A stretch of DNA of 64,000 nucleotides, taken from NCBI GenBank assembly GCA_964467905.1, contig CAYXSY010000002.1, forward strand, positions 13,545-77,544. Direction: 5' to 3'. Under the pieces are notes generated by a model that worked only from the letters and a program-made list of their open reading frames with translations, made no database searches and was not told the DNA's origin. Every line of letters starts with the position of its first letter. The first letter of the stretch is position 1. Below are positions 63,509 to 64,000 of this stretch, in pieces. Position numbers and translations under genes: made by a program. The stretch comes from an uncultured Planctomycetales bacterium. Its GTDB lineage: Bacteria; Omnitrophota; Gorgyraeia; Gygaellales; Profunditerraquicolaceae.

Positions 63509-64000
63509 TTATTCATTTATTAGCTGTAATATCTTATCCAGATGTTTCAGGGCCTCATCCTGACCCCTTTGGCAAAACTCTTTTGCGCGATGCAGCTCAA
63601 GCCAATATAGGCCTTGGGTGTTAGGATGAAGCAATACATCGGCAAGCTGCCCTTCCTTCTGCGCTACTTCAGATTGCATAATTTCAATGCTGCTGAATAC
63701 CAAATCCAAGATATTAGTCCTGAATTTATCCTTCAGGTATTGCTTTAGGATACCATATTTTTTATTTATATCCAATACATCGGAAAGTTTAATATTGACC
63801 TGATCTTTTACCAATTCATATTGCTTGACTATATCGTCTTTTGAGGGCGTAACATTGACAGCGATAATTTTCCTTGCCCCCATCTTATATAAAATCTCCG
63901 TCGGAAGTGGATTGATTATTCCCCCGTCTAAAAGTATTTCCTCCTTGACCCTGAAAGGCGCAAATACCCCGGGCATAGAGCAGCTTGCCATAATAGCATC
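63509..64000 (-). CDS. patatin-like phospholipase, C-terminal part (gene continues past the right edge)
   Basis: LLDGGIINPLPTE carries the catalytic Asp (DGG) motif. The N-terminal GxSxG region must lie beyond position 64000. Confidence 0.8.
   Translation of the reverse strand, partial: DAIMASCSMPGVFAPFRVKEEILLDGGIINPLPTEILYKMGARKIIAVNVTPSKDDIVKQYELVKDQVNIKLSDVLDINKKYGILKQYLKDKFRTNILDLVFSSIEIMQSEVAQKEGQLADVLLHPNTQGLYWLELHRAKEFCQRGQDEALKHLDKILQLINE

Overview
64-kb window from a low-GC bacterium, coded almost entirely on the minus strand. I cannot assign the lineage from sequence alone. A giant ORF alongside Rnf is reminiscent of candidate phyla such as Omnitrophota, but that is speculation.

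Positions 1-27,022 and 59,911-64,000 look like core chromosome:
- rpiB (partial) and a TsaC/YrdC-phosphatase fusion.
- A near-complete de novo purine cluster (purE, purD, purM, purF, purQ, purS-purL fusion, purB, and purN further on), interleaved with SPFH and LOG-family genes.
- An initiator tRNA-Met split by a ~266-nt group I intron.
- ftsB-eno, a tandem-duplicated FtsH, rnfC-G-D-E-A-B, an MFS transporter, tRNA-Thr(CGU) and cspA.
- On the right flank: a lipoprotein, an NSS transporter, a hydrogenase maturation protease, MazG and a partial patatin gene.

Positions 27,023-59,910 are a ~32.9-kb integrated element bounded by a perfect 20-bp direct repeat that equals the 3' end of tRNA-Phe(GAA). 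It carries:
- A tyrosine integrase, an excisionase and an XRE repressor with palindromic operators.
- A 14.76-kb ORF (4,919 aa) for a multi-pass, multi-enzyme giant protein with two small downstream partners. It sits behind a near-consensus promoter whose 17-nt spacer is mostly an (AT)9 tract.
- An XRE-cupin regulator.
- An operon with one histidine kinase, four receiver proteins with no output domains, two mini-proteins with H-box-like motifs, an ACP and a thioester reductase.
- A HEPN/MNT pair.
- A coupling-protein (VirD4/TraD-like) module enclosed by 137-bp inverted repeats.

The core region also holds a family of short heptamer-word/GC-palindrome elements, found both in spacers and in frame inside purQ and purL.

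All calls rest on reading the translations and DNA by eye. No database search was possible.
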